Positions 6,918 to 14,485 of a stretch of DNA of 27,737 nt are shown here, piece by piece. Every line of letters starts with the position of its first letter. Within the stretch, counting starts at the first letter, position 1. Below the pieces are notes generated by a model. The model was not told the DNA's origin and did no database searches. It was given only the letters and a program-made list of their open reading frames with translations. Position numbers and translations under genes: made by a program. This DNA is from a virus (taxonomy: Duplodnaviria > Caudoviricetes), in the IMG/VR virus record IMGVR_UViG_3300042821_000020, positions 1 to 27,737 of that record; one strand, written 5' to 3'.

Positions 6918-8831
6918 CTAATGGTCTTCGGGACTGCCGGGCTCGATGTCGTCCGCGACCGGCAGGTCACCCAGATTGATCTCGACCTCGGCGTCGATGC
7001 CCTTGGCCTTCATCTGCCGCTTGAACTCCTCCAACGGAGTCTCCTCGACAACGCCCGTCGCGCGGACACCGAGGCGCCGCAAGTCCAGAATGTTGTAGTT
7101 CACGGTTGCCTTGTCCTTGGTCGTCTCGTGAACGTGATGCTCGATCGTCTGGAACGTTCTGATGTAGTAGATGGTCGCAGTGTTCTCGCGGTTGCGATCC
7201 TCGGCCTGCGTCTGGTCGTCCGGGTTCCAGGTCTCATCCATGAAGATGATCGCGTCGCTCTTGTTGAGCGTGATGCTCATGCCGCCAGCCGTCGTCGTCA
7301 TGAGCAGGATGCGCGTCTTGCCGCCAGCCTCGAAGTCCCGGATGATCGGGCCGCGGTCGCGCTCAGGCGTCGCGCCCGTGATCGCGGCCATATCCTCCTG
7401 TTTCACGCCGAGCCCTTCGAGCCAGGGGATCATCATGTTGATGACCTTACTGAACTGGCTGAAGATGATGACCTGCTCGGTGCCATCGTGATCGAAGACC
7501 CCGTGTTCGCCAAGGATGCGCTCGACCTGCGGCAGCTTGCACGATAGCTCCGTCGGGTATGGCGTAATGACCTCGGTGAACGTGCCGTCCTTATGGTTCT
7601 TGCGCTCCTTCACGAGCCGCTGCTTGGCAATCGCGAACTGCCGGAGGCGCGTGTACTCCGCGAGAATGCCGATGGCCGACAGCGACTCCTCCTCGATGCG
7701 AATCTCGGCCTCAGACGCGAACTTGGCATACTGCTCGGCCTGCTCGCCGGACATCTCGACCCAGATGTCGATGCGCTGCTTGTCGGGTAGCTCCGTGCGG
7801 ACCTCCTCGCGCAGCCGACGCACCATATACTGCGCGTGATACTCGTTGAACTCCTCCAGGCGGTATCGCTTGATCCCGCCCGTCTCCAGATGCCCGCCGT
7901 ACCCGACCTGCGTTTCGAGCCAGGTGCGGATCCAGTTCGACTTCGACTTGAACGTCTCGGGTTCGAGCCAGTTGAGCACCGCCCAGAGCTTCTCGACCTT
8001 GCCGCCGATCGGCGTGCCCGAGAGGGCCATCTTCTTCTGCGCCTTGAAGCTGCGCAGAATCTCACTGGTCTTCGTCTTCGGGTTCGACAGTCCGCACTTA
8101 TGGAACTCGTCGATCGTCACCGTCGTCCAGTTCGTCGCCGCCAGATGCGCGGCGTCTTTCCCGCGAAGCTGCGCGGGGTTGACGATGAGGAAGAACGGCT
8201 CACCGACGCGGGCCATATGCACGGCCTCCATAATGATGTCGTGCCGCGCCCTCTGGCTGCCGAGCGACATCAGCATCGCGTGCGGCTGCCAGCGGTCTAG
8301 CTCGTACCACCAGACCGGCTCCATGGACGTCAGCGGCGCGACGATCAAGTGCGCGCCCTCGTCAAGCCCGGCCTCGAAAATGGCGCCGATCGCCTCGACC
8401 GTCTTGCCGAGGCCAGGCGCGTTCGCGTTCAGCGGGTTGACGGCCTCGGCCATGAACGAGATGTCAGCCAGCTGATACGGCCGGCTCGACACGAACTCGT
8501 GCAACTCTGGCAACACGTCGGGCAGCCGATGCAACTCGGCGGTACTGGCCGCGTTGACCTTCAGCAGCACCTTCTCGCGGCGCACCATATCGTGCGCCCA
8601 TTCCTTGACGGCGGCGTCGAGAATCAGGCGCTTGCCAAGCTGCCGGCGCAGGTCGCGCATGATCGTCATGTCGCGCGGCACCGTCCAGTACGGGCCGCCC
8701 CGCTCGCGGGGGATGAACGACCGCCCGGGGGTGCGCTCGACTATGGTGTACGCCTCGCGCTCGAACGGGAAGTGGAGGGTGATCCTGTCCCCGTCCATTG
8801 CCGCCTTCACGTTGACACCGTTCTCTGCCAT
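6918..8831 (-). CDS. SNF2-family (SF2) DNA helicase/translocase with HARP-like N-terminus
   Basis: PYQ, PGLGKT, LIVAP, DEFH, ALSGTP, IIFSQF, GGMSITL and WNP..QAEDR motifs; N-terminal FPF..TPGRSF..WTVP. Confidence 0.92.
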   Translation of the reverse strand: MAENGVNVKAAMDGDRITLHFPFEREAYTIVERTPGRSFIPRERGGPYWTVPRDMTIMRDLRRQLGKRLILDAAVKEWAHDMVRREKVLLKVNAASTAELHRLPDVLPELHEFVSSRPYQLADISFMAEAVNPLNANAPGLGKTVEAIGAIFEAGLDEGAHLIVAPLTSMEPVWWYELDRWQPHAMLMSLGSQRARHDIIMEAVHMARVGEPFFLIVNPAQLRGKDAAHLAATNWTTVTIDEFHKCGLSNPKTKTSEILRSFKAQKKMALSGTPIGGKVEKLWAVLNWLEPETFKSKSNWIRTWLETQVGYGGHLETGGIKRYRLEEFNEYHAQYMVRRLREEVRTELPDKQRIDIWVEMSGEQAEQYAKFASEAEIRIEEESLSAIGILAEYTRLRQFAIAKQRLVKERKNHKDGTFTEVITPYPTELSCKLPQVERILGEHGVFDHDGTEQVIIFSQFSKVINMMIPWLEGLGVKQEDMAAITGATPERDRGPIIRDFEAGGKTRILLMTTTAGGMSITLNKSDAIIFMDETWNPDDQTQAEDRNRENTATIYYIRTFQTIEHHVHETTKDKATVNYNILDLRRLGVRATGVVEETPLEEFKRQMKAKGIDAEVEINLGDLPVADDIEPGSPEDH

Positions 8832-8871
8832 TGCTCTGCCTTTCTCCTACGGGTTGAACGTACGTCCGGGC

Positions 8872-8880
8872 ATCGTATCA
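8872..8880 (-). promoter_or_regulatory. Extended -10 element upstream of the SNF2 helicase
   Basis: TGA-TACGAT (TGn-TAnnnT) about 40 nt before the ATG, with an AGGAG RBS in between. No clear -35. Confidence 0.45.
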
Positions 8881-8933
8881 AACCCTGCGCCCCGGTAAGG
8901 TGTGCTAGCACACACAAACCGGGGCGAGAGTTT
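8880..8933 (-). terminator. Long inverted repeat centred on the 14-bp palindrome GTGTGCTAGCACAC (terminator or operator)
   Basis: CGCCCCGGT (8888-8896) and ACCGGGGCG (8918-8926) enclose the palindrome at 8900-8913, with outer AAAC/GTTT arms. Lies just after the 8940 stop. Confidence 0.5.
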
Positions 8934-8939
8934 CATGGC

Positions 8940-9371
8940 TCAGTCCGAGGGGCCGCCGCGCTTGTCCCAGTCCTGCTCGCTCGGCAGGTACGCCTCGACA
9001 CCATACCGCGTCACGAGTTCTTGGAGCACGGCGTAGCGATCTTCGTTCTCGGTCGCCTTATCCTCGCCATAACCCTTGTTCCACTGCGCGAGAGTCATGC
9101 CGCGAGTGTCCCAGTCGAGCGCAGCCAGCGGCCCCTGCGCATCGTCCGGCATCGGCTCCTCGTCGCCATCGACGCGATAGCCCTCGCCGCTCAGGTAGTA
9201 GCCAAGCACGCCGCCGGACTCGGCCTCCACGACCTCGACGTGTTCGTACTCGCAGCCCTCACTCAGCGAGACCATGCGGGCGATCACCTGCGCCTCCAAA
9301 CACAGCTTCGTCCTGACGATCTCCTCCAGACTCGTCCGCACGACGTAGGGCTTGTCTTCCGTACTGGTCAT
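8940..9371 (-). CDS. Hypothetical acidic protein (143 aa)
   Basis: ATG start, high GC3 codon usage, fills the gap in the minus-strand gene run. No motif recognised. Confidence 0.75.
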   Translation of the reverse strand: MTSTEDKPYVVRTSLEEIVRTKLCLEAQVIARMVSLSEGCEYEHVEVVEAESGGVLGYYLSGEGYRVDGDEEPMPDDAQGPLAALDWDTRGMTLAQWNKGYGEDKATENEDRYAVLQELVTRYGVEAYLPSEQDWDKRGGPSD

Positions 9372-9392
9372 TCCCGTCCGTTCTGTTGTTGG

Positions 9393-9470
9393 TTAGATTC
9401 CTGCAAGGAGATACAGCGCGAGCGGGACGGCGACCATTACGATCGCCGCCCCGATCACGAGCACTGTCAC
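9393..9470 (-). CDS. Possible single-TM mini-protein (about 25 aa)
   Basis: MTVLVIGAAIVMVAVPLALYLLAGI is uniformly hydrophobic and fills the gap. Start codon uncertain. Confidence 0.45.
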   Translation of the reverse strand: MTVLVIGAAIVMVAVPLALYLLAGI

Positions 9471-9480
9471 CAGATCGACC

Positions 9481-9696
9481 TTACTGTCCCTCCGCGATCG
9501 CCGCTCGCACGCGCCCGATCGGCAGATTGCATTCCAAAGCGATCTCCTCCTCAGTCCATCCGTTCGCGTGCGCCTCACGGATGCTCTGGTACAACTCGTT
9601 CTTGATCTCGGCCGCTTCGATCTCCGACATGCGATACTCCATATCGGCTTCCCAGAGGCGCCGAAGTTCGTCCTTGTCCTCGCCCGGGGCGCTCAC
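9481..9696 (-). CDS. Small helix-turn-helix protein (71 aa)
   Basis: GTG overlaps the upstream TGA (GTGA). IREAHANGWTEEEIALECNLPIGRVRAAI fits an HTH pattern. Confidence 0.7.
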   Translation of the reverse strand: MSAPGEDKDELRRLWEADMEYRMSEIEAAEIKNELYQSIREAHANGWTEEEIALECNLPIGRVRAAIAEGQ

Positions 9697-10331
9697 GACC
9701 AGCCCCGCAGCGATCGGCAGATCGGGCCGATACCCAGACGCCGACTCAGCTTGTTGGTCAACTGACGCCCGCACGCACCGCACCGACCGATCTCATGGCC
9801 GTACAAGGCCATCGCGGCCTCGGGGTTCTTGCCGATCTCGCGCAGGATCGGCAGAATGGTGCTCTGCTGCACGCTCTCCAGGTACGGGCCGACAACCTGC
9901 TTCAGCCGCCAGACCGTGCCCGGCTCATTGACCCAGACCGACCAGAACGAGACGTCGTTCTCGGTGTTGGTCGGCGCGTTCTTCAGCGCGTACTTGCCGA
10001 CGGGAATGGACACGCCGTCGATCACGAGCGCGAAGTAGTGACTGGTCGCTTCGTCGCTGTCCTCCGCGCTCGGGTCCGCGTAGACATCGACGCGCTTGAT
10101 GGTCACGCCCTGCGGGAAGCGAGGCATGCCCTTCAGCTTGGTGATGAGGTCACTCGCCTCGCGCCGCGTCTTCACGTCGGGGATGGGGAGCCCGCGCTCG
10201 TTGCAGAGGTCCGAGATGTAGACCCTCTGGCGGTCGCTCGGAGGCGGCTCTGCGCTTGGCAGTGCGACCTCAATCCTCCCGATCTGCCCGACGCCCGCGA
10301 GCGGGTCGTCCATGTAGTCATTGTCAGCCAT
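9693..10331 (-). CDS. DUF6011-type zinc-finger protein
   Basis: C-terminal YGHEIGRCGACGRQLT..SRRLGIGPIC; N-terminal PSDRQ..I..L..TRREASDLI helical motif; AAGGAG RBS. Confidence 0.75.
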   Translation of the reverse strand: MADNDYMDDPLAGVGQIGRIEVALPSAEPPPSDRQRVYISDLCNERGLPIPDVKTRREASDLITKLKGMPRFPQGVTIKRVDVYADPSAEDSDEATSHYFALVIDGVSIPVGKYALKNAPTNTENDVSFWSVWVNEPGTVWRLKQVVGPYLESVQQSTILPILREIGKNPEAAMALYGHEIGRCGACGRQLTNKLSRRLGIGPICRSLRGWS

Positions 10332-10388
10332 TACGTCGTACGCTCCTTGTCGCCTCGCGTCCGCCGGGATGACGGATCACGTTTGAGG

Positions 10389-10432
10389 AGCGTAGCACAC
10401 CGCGCGGGAGTCGTGCGTTACAATCGTGTTAC
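10389..10432 (-). promoter_or_regulatory. Extended -10 promoter with an upstream GTAAC-N6-GTAAC direct repeat
   Basis: GTGTGC-TACGCT at 10389-10400. No -35 consensus; GTAAC repeats at 10417-10421 and 10428-10432. Confidence 0.5.
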
Positions 10433-10466
10433 GGCTTACCCCCGGGAGCGCATGCAAGCAGACCAA

Positions 10467-10503
10467 CGCCCCGCCCCTCGACTGCATGGAAAGGGACGGG
10501 GCG
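10467..10503 (-). terminator. Intrinsic terminator-like hairpin after the histone-like gene
   Basis: CGCCCCGTCCCTT/GAGGGGCGGGGCG stem with G-U pairs on the minus strand, followed by TTGGTCT. Confidence 0.55.
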
Positions 10504-10533
10504 CTGGCTCGGGCCGAGTGCGCGTCGGAAGGG

Positions 10534-11253
10534 CTACTCGGCCACGACGCGAGCCGGCCGGCGCGGCGCGCGCACCGGAGCGGCCTTGGTCTTGCGGGTC
10601 GTGCGGGCGGTGTCCGCCGTCACGGCCGGCTTGGCCGTGCGCCGCTTGCCGCCGGTCTTGGTCGGCGCGGCCTCGGGCAGCGTGCGCGCACGCCGACCCG
10701 TCGGCTTGGCAGCGGGCGCCTCGGCCGCAGCCTTGCGTCCGTTGGCCTTCACCTTCGGCGCGGTCTTGGCGGGGCGCCGCGTCGCGGCACCGTTGCCGTC
10801 GCCGACCAGCCGGCCGCCCTTGCCGATGCGGTTGCCGACCACCGACTTGCCGCTGGCCTCCTCGTACACCGCCTTGACCAGCGACTCGCTGACCTCGTTG
10901 CCCTCGGCGTCGCGAGCGTACGCGGCGATCTTGCCCCAGGACAGCTTCTGGCCGTCGCGCGCCTTGACGACCTTCTTGCCAAGGTCGGCGCGACTGCGGA
11001 AGTTGATCTGGAGCGACTCGTCGCGCTCGGCATCCTCCTGGAAGTACAGGAACTGGAGGCGACCCTCCGCGTCCGTGTAGTCCCAGCCGACGGCCTCGAC
11101 GATCTCGCCCCAGGACGCGCCGCCCTCGCGCATGTCGAAGACCAGCGGGCGCAGCGCGCGCCGGGCCTCGGCCTTGGCCTCGCGGCCGCTGGCGTTGACG
11201 TAGGCGTCCGCCAGGGTGCGGATATCGCCCTTCGTCCGTGCCTTTCGTGCCAT
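10534..11253 (-). CDS. Putative DNA-binding protein: two HTH-like repeats plus K/R/A/P-rich histone-H1-like tail (239 aa)
   Basis: MREGGASWGEIVEAVG and ARDGQKLSWGKIAAYA repeats; C-terminus PAKTAPKVKA..PAAKP..PRRPAR. AGGAGG RBS supports a start at 11253. Confidence 0.75.
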   Translation of the reverse strand: MARKARTKGDIRTLADAYVNASGREAKAEARRALRPLVFDMREGGASWGEIVEAVGWDYTDAEGRLQFLYFQEDAERDESLQINFRSRADLGKKVVKARDGQKLSWGKIAAYARDAEGNEVSESLVKAVYEEASGKSVVGNRIGKGGRLVGDGNGAATRRPAKTAPKVKANGRKAAAEAPAAKPTGRRARTLPEAAPTKTGGKRRTAKPAVTADTARTTRKTKAAPVRAPRRPARVVAE

Positions 11254-11279
11254 GTCTAACCTCCTGTCCGTGTGCGTTG

Positions 11280-11309
11280 ATCGTAGCACACGAACAGGAG
11301 GCTAGTCAA
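11280..11309 (-). promoter_or_regulatory. Strong sigma70/SigA-type promoter
   Basis: TTGACT-N18-TACGAT with extended -10 TG, 27 nt upstream of the ATG. Confidence 0.75.
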
Positions 11310-11423
11310 GTCCCAGTTATGCAGGGCTTTTGTGCAGCTTACCCTGTGACTGGTGTTACGCGCGCCGCCTGGCCCCGTTCACCAGACCCTTACCTATCCA
11401 TCCGCCGACGCGCGCACGTCGAG

Positions 11424-11879
11424 CTACTGGCGCGGGCGCCGGGCCTGCGCGTCGGGCGGCAGATCGCCGGGCAGCGTCTGGTCGGGATGCGGCTGGTCAC
11501 CCGGCAGCGTCTGGTCGGGCACCGGCGGCAGCGACTCGCCGCCATCGGGGAGGGCCTCGCCGGCGTCGTCACGCAGCGTCTTGACCAGCTGCGTGAGGTT
11601 CTGGACGGCGTTCTTCATGCTGTCGAGCTTGGTGTCCTCCACCGCGTCGTCGGCGCGGAGGGCGTCCAGCTCTGCCTGGATCGCGGCGACGCCAGTGCCG
11701 GCGCCGGTCAGGAACTCCCGGATTGCCGCTTCCAGCTCGTCGATCGAGGTCTGGAGGTCATCGACCTTGGCCATGATCTGTTCGTCTCCTTCGTTGGTGT
11801 CTGCCTCACTCGGGAGGAAGACGTTGATGGTCAGGTAGATCGGTCGTTCGGGCCGTGCGGGCCTGCTACCCTTCGGCAT
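11424..11879 (-). CDS. Hypothetical coiled-coil protein with C-terminal PDQTLPGD repeats
   Basis: Heptad-like MAKVDDLQTSIDELEAAI; GGCAGCGTCTGGTCGGG repeated at 11470 and 11503 (33-nt period). The true start may be the internal Met. Confidence 0.7.
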   Translation of the reverse strand: MPKGSRPARPERPIYLTINVFLPSEADTNEGDEQIMAKVDDLQTSIDELEAAIREFLTGAGTGVAAIQAELDALRADDAVEDTKLDSMKNAVQNLTQLVKTLRDDAGEALPDGGESLPPVPDQTLPGDQPHPDQTLPGDLPPDAQARRPRQ

Positions 11880-12171
11880 CCTCCTGGCCCTCCTGCCGCT
11901 GGCGCTTCTCGGCCTCCTCCTGCGCCTGCGCCGTCAGGTCGTCCGGGTTCTGGCCCATCATGACCGGCTCGGCGGACGTGTGGCCGGGCTGCACCGGCTG
12001 CGTCGAGGTCGTCGGCGGCGTCTGCGGCTGGTTGACGACGTTCTGGGTCTCCGGGCCGCCCGGGGCGGGGATGGTCTCGACCTGCTCCTCGCCCTCCTGT
12101 GTGGCGCGGGTGCCCTGGACGGCATTCGCTTCCTCGCGCTCCTCGCGCTCGCGGTCTTCACGCCTGCCCAT
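11866..12171 (-). CDS. Hypothetical disordered E/Q/P/T-rich protein (101 aa)
   Basis: AAAGGAG RBS before ATG 12171; low-complexity hydrophilic sequence. Confidence 0.7.
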   Translation of the reverse strand: MGRREDREREEREEANAVQGTRATQEGEEQVETIPAPGGPETQNVVNQPQTPPTTSTQPVQPGHTSAEPVMMGQNPDDLTAQAQEEAEKRQRQEGQEDAEG

Positions 12172-12191
12172 CTTGCTCCTTTCGGTCGGGA

Positions 12192-12224
12192 CGGGTAGTA
12201 TACCCGATCCGGTGGGAAACACAA
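12192..12224 (-). promoter_or_regulatory. Putative promoter with a palindrome over the -10
   Basis: TTGTGT-N16-TATACT; inverted repeat CGGGTA-N3-TACCCG at 12192-12206 covers the -10. Confidence 0.45.
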
Positions 12225-12245
12225 CCTGCCCGCTAATCGCGGGTT

Positions 12246-13100
12246 TCAGGTGGTGTCGTCCCAGTTGTGGACGAACTCCTGATCGTCCCACCAACGGTCG
12301 GGGATGGTCTGCGGCACGTTCGGGCGCTCGCCCTCCTTGCCGCCCTCGTACCAGCTGATCCAGTCGCGCTCACCGCCGGTCATGCCGTACCGCTTGCCGA
12401 CGGCCTCGATCTCTGCCAGGCCGTCCCAGGCCCAGGACGGAATGGTGTCGGGAGCGGAGTCGGGGCGATGCTCGGGCACCCGATCGGTCGTCAGGTACCA
12501 GTTCGACCAGTCCCAGAACCATGCCGGGTAGCCAACGCTCACGTCGATCTCCCTCCCCTTCAGGTAGTCGGCCACCTTGCCCCGGAACTCATCCGGGCTG
12601 GGCCAGGTTGCCAGGTCGATCTTGCGGCTCGACGCCCACTCCTTGTGATAGGGCACCATGTTCTCATCGGCGGTGCCCTTGATGATGGCAGCGACCGCAC
12701 GGGCAGCGATCTCCGTGCGGTCGGCCTCCAACGGGTAGGTGCCCGGGTGCTCGATCTCGAACCCCCAAGCCTTCGAGTTGCCGGTCATCCCCTGCCAGGA
12801 GCCGCCGTCCGGCCTGCCCGCGTGATTGGCCGCCCCTGCCGCGACGGTGTAGATCACGCCGTTGTAGTCCATGTAGATGTTGCACAGCGGCCCAGGCAGG
12901 GAGCCGTGCCCCTGGATGCAGACGCGCAGCGAAGGCGCGGTGCCCAGACGCGGCGGTGCGCCGGCCGTGTGATGCACCACGAGCCCGCGCGGGAAGAAGT
13001 TGCTGCCAGCACGGTTGCCGCGCCGCTGCCAGCCAGCAACCTCCTTGACCTGGAGCCCTGCGGCCCGCAGCCGATTGGCCATCCCTACGTCATATGGCAC
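12246..13100 (-). CDS. Endolysin, N-acetylmuramoyl-L-alanine amidase (Amidase_2) with Trp-rich C-terminal repeats
   Basis: LRAAGLQV..VAGWQRRG, VVHHTAG, GPLCN, ANHAG, GNS..GFEIEH and HKEW..RKID motifs. GTG start at 13100 after GAGGAGG. Confidence 0.9.
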   Translation of the reverse strand: MPYDVGMANRLRAAGLQVKEVAGWQRRGNRAGSNFFPRGLVVHHTAGAPPRLGTAPSLRVCIQGHGSLPGPLCNIYMDYNGVIYTVAAGAANHAGRPDGGSWQGMTGNSKAWGFEIEHPGTYPLEADRTEIAARAVAAIIKGTADENMVPYHKEWASSRKIDLATWPSPDEFRGKVADYLKGREIDVSVGYPAWFWDWSNWYLTTDRVPEHRPDSAPDTIPSWAWDGLAEIEAVGKRYGMTGGERDWISWYEGGKEGERPNVPQTIPDRWWDDQEFVHNWDDTT

Positions 13101-13257
13101 GGCGCCTACCCTCCTCGTCCTCAGTGCGATCACGGCTGCCCGGATCCAGGAGGGGCGGAATCTCCTCGTCGGTGGTCGGGTCTGCCGTGAAGTCCACGTT
13201 GCAGCCGACCACATCGTCGTCCACGATTATCACGATCATCGCGCCTCCAATTGTCAT
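13090..13257 (-). CDS. Small hypothetical protein (up to 55 aa) in the lysis cassette
   Basis: TGATG coupling to the upstream gene; MTIGGAMIVIIVDDDVVGCNVDF..RRRAI. An internal GGAGG suggests an alternative start at the second Met. Confidence 0.45.
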   Translation of the reverse strand: MTIGGAMIVIIVDDDVVGCNVDFTADPTTDEEIPPLLDPGSRDRTEDEEGRRRAI

Positions 13258-13529
13258 CACAGATCAACTCCTGTCTGGTCTTCGACCTTCTTCTCCACCC
13301 GTTCCGCTGCCCGGATAGCCAGGCCTCCGGCTACGATGCCATAACCGGAGATGATGACCGCTGCCCAGGACAAGCCCAGGATGCCCTGCTGCTCGTCACG
13401 GAAGATGGTCACTGCCGTGATCGGCCACCCGATGATGCCGATGATCGTCAACACCGTGCCGACCACGATCTGGCCTGCGCCGCTGAAGACGCTGTTGACG
13501 ATCACGCTGCTGGCCTCCGGATCACCCAC
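13257..13529 (-). CDS. Holin-like membrane protein (90 aa, 2 TM)
   Basis: Two hydrophobic segments and a charged C-terminus (RAAERVEKKVED), located upstream of the endolysin. GTG overlaps the upstream TAG. Confidence 0.6.
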   Translation of the reverse strand: MGDPEASSVIVNSVFSGAGQIVVGTVLTIIGIIGWPITAVTIFRDEQQGILGLSWAAVIISGYGIVAGGLAIRAAERVEKKVEDQTGVDL

Positions 13530-13654
13530 TACCTGTTGTTGATGCGGTCGCGCCGGTCGTACCAGTTGTGCGCGTCGATCGCCCGCCACGCGAGCAGGAT
13601 GACGAGGATTGCCAGCTCGATCACGACGAGCCACTGAAACAGATCGTTGTCCAT
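13529..13654 (-). CDS. Single-TM membrane protein (41 aa)
   Basis: MDNDLFQWLVVIELAILVILLAWRAIDAHNWYDRRDRINNR with a GAGGAAAG RBS. Below the ORF-track cutoff. Confidence 0.7.
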   Translation of the reverse strand: MDNDLFQWLVVIELAILVILLAWRAIDAHNWYDRRDRINNR

Positions 13655-13665
13655 TGTCTTTCCTC

Positions 13666-14478
13666 TCAGGTCTTGATGATGCCCGTGGCTGCGAGCCACG
13701 GCTGGTCGTTGCGGTGCGGCGTATTGCCGCCCTCGGCCCCGATGGCATGCGTGTGCGCGATGTCCGTCAGGTTGTACACGTCCGGCGGGCGCGTGGTCAC
13801 GATCGCGCCGTACGGGTTGTTGGCAGGCGTTTGCGAGCCGGCCACGTTCGATGCCTGCACCGGCAGACGGTGCGGGCTGGAGAAGCCGTCGGTGTCGTAT
13901 CCGGTGCTACCGCCGTGCTGATGGGACGGCATGTTTGGGATGCTCAGGCCGACCTCGCGCACGCCGCCAGCCGCACCCGCGGCATTCGCTGCCGGCAGTC
14001 GCCCGGCTGCGCCCGTGACCGGGCTGCCATCGACGCCGACGATCGTCGCGCCGCGCGTGTCGGGCAGGTTGAACGTGGTCGTTCCGTTGCCCGCACCGTG
14101 CCGCACGCCGATGGCATTGAACAGCGCCGCGTACGTGGTGCGCGACACTGGCCGGAAGTCAGCGACCAGCCAGCCGGGATAGACCATCGCCGTCGCATCG
14201 TGCGCGAAGAACATCATGGCCCCGGGCGGAATCTCCTGCACGTTGACTGCCACCCACTGCGTGCCGTCGTAGCGGTAGGTGATCGGCACCGGCCCTTCGT
14301 TGGTGCTCGTGTAGTGCGCGCCGCGCGGTGCCGAGGCCGGACGCGATGCGATCGGCCCCTGGGCGTCCGTCGGCATGACATCGTCCAGCATGAGCGCAAG
14401 GTTGCGCATCCAGATCGGCACGTCGGCCAGATCGGCATCGACGGGGTACGGCAGTCCGAGGCGTGTCGTTGTGCTCAT
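13666..14478 (-). CDS. Tail fibre protein with tail-collar domain
   Basis: IPPGAMMFFA..PGWLVAD..VSRTTYAALFNAIG..GAGNGTTTFNLPDTRG collar motif; HQH/HTH motifs; ends in IIKT. Confidence 0.88.
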   Translation of the reverse strand: MSTTTRLGLPYPVDADLADVPIWMRNLALMLDDVMPTDAQGPIASRPASAPRGAHYTSTNEGPVPITYRYDGTQWVAVNVQEIPPGAMMFFAHDATAMVYPGWLVADFRPVSRTTYAALFNAIGVRHGAGNGTTTFNLPDTRGATIVGVDGSPVTGAAGRLPAANAAGAAGGVREVGLSIPNMPSHQHGGSTGYDTDGFSSPHRLPVQASNVAGSQTPANNPYGAIVTTRPPDVYNLTDIAHTHAIGAEGGNTPHRNDQPWLAATGIIKT

Positions 14479-14485
14479 GGTTCTC

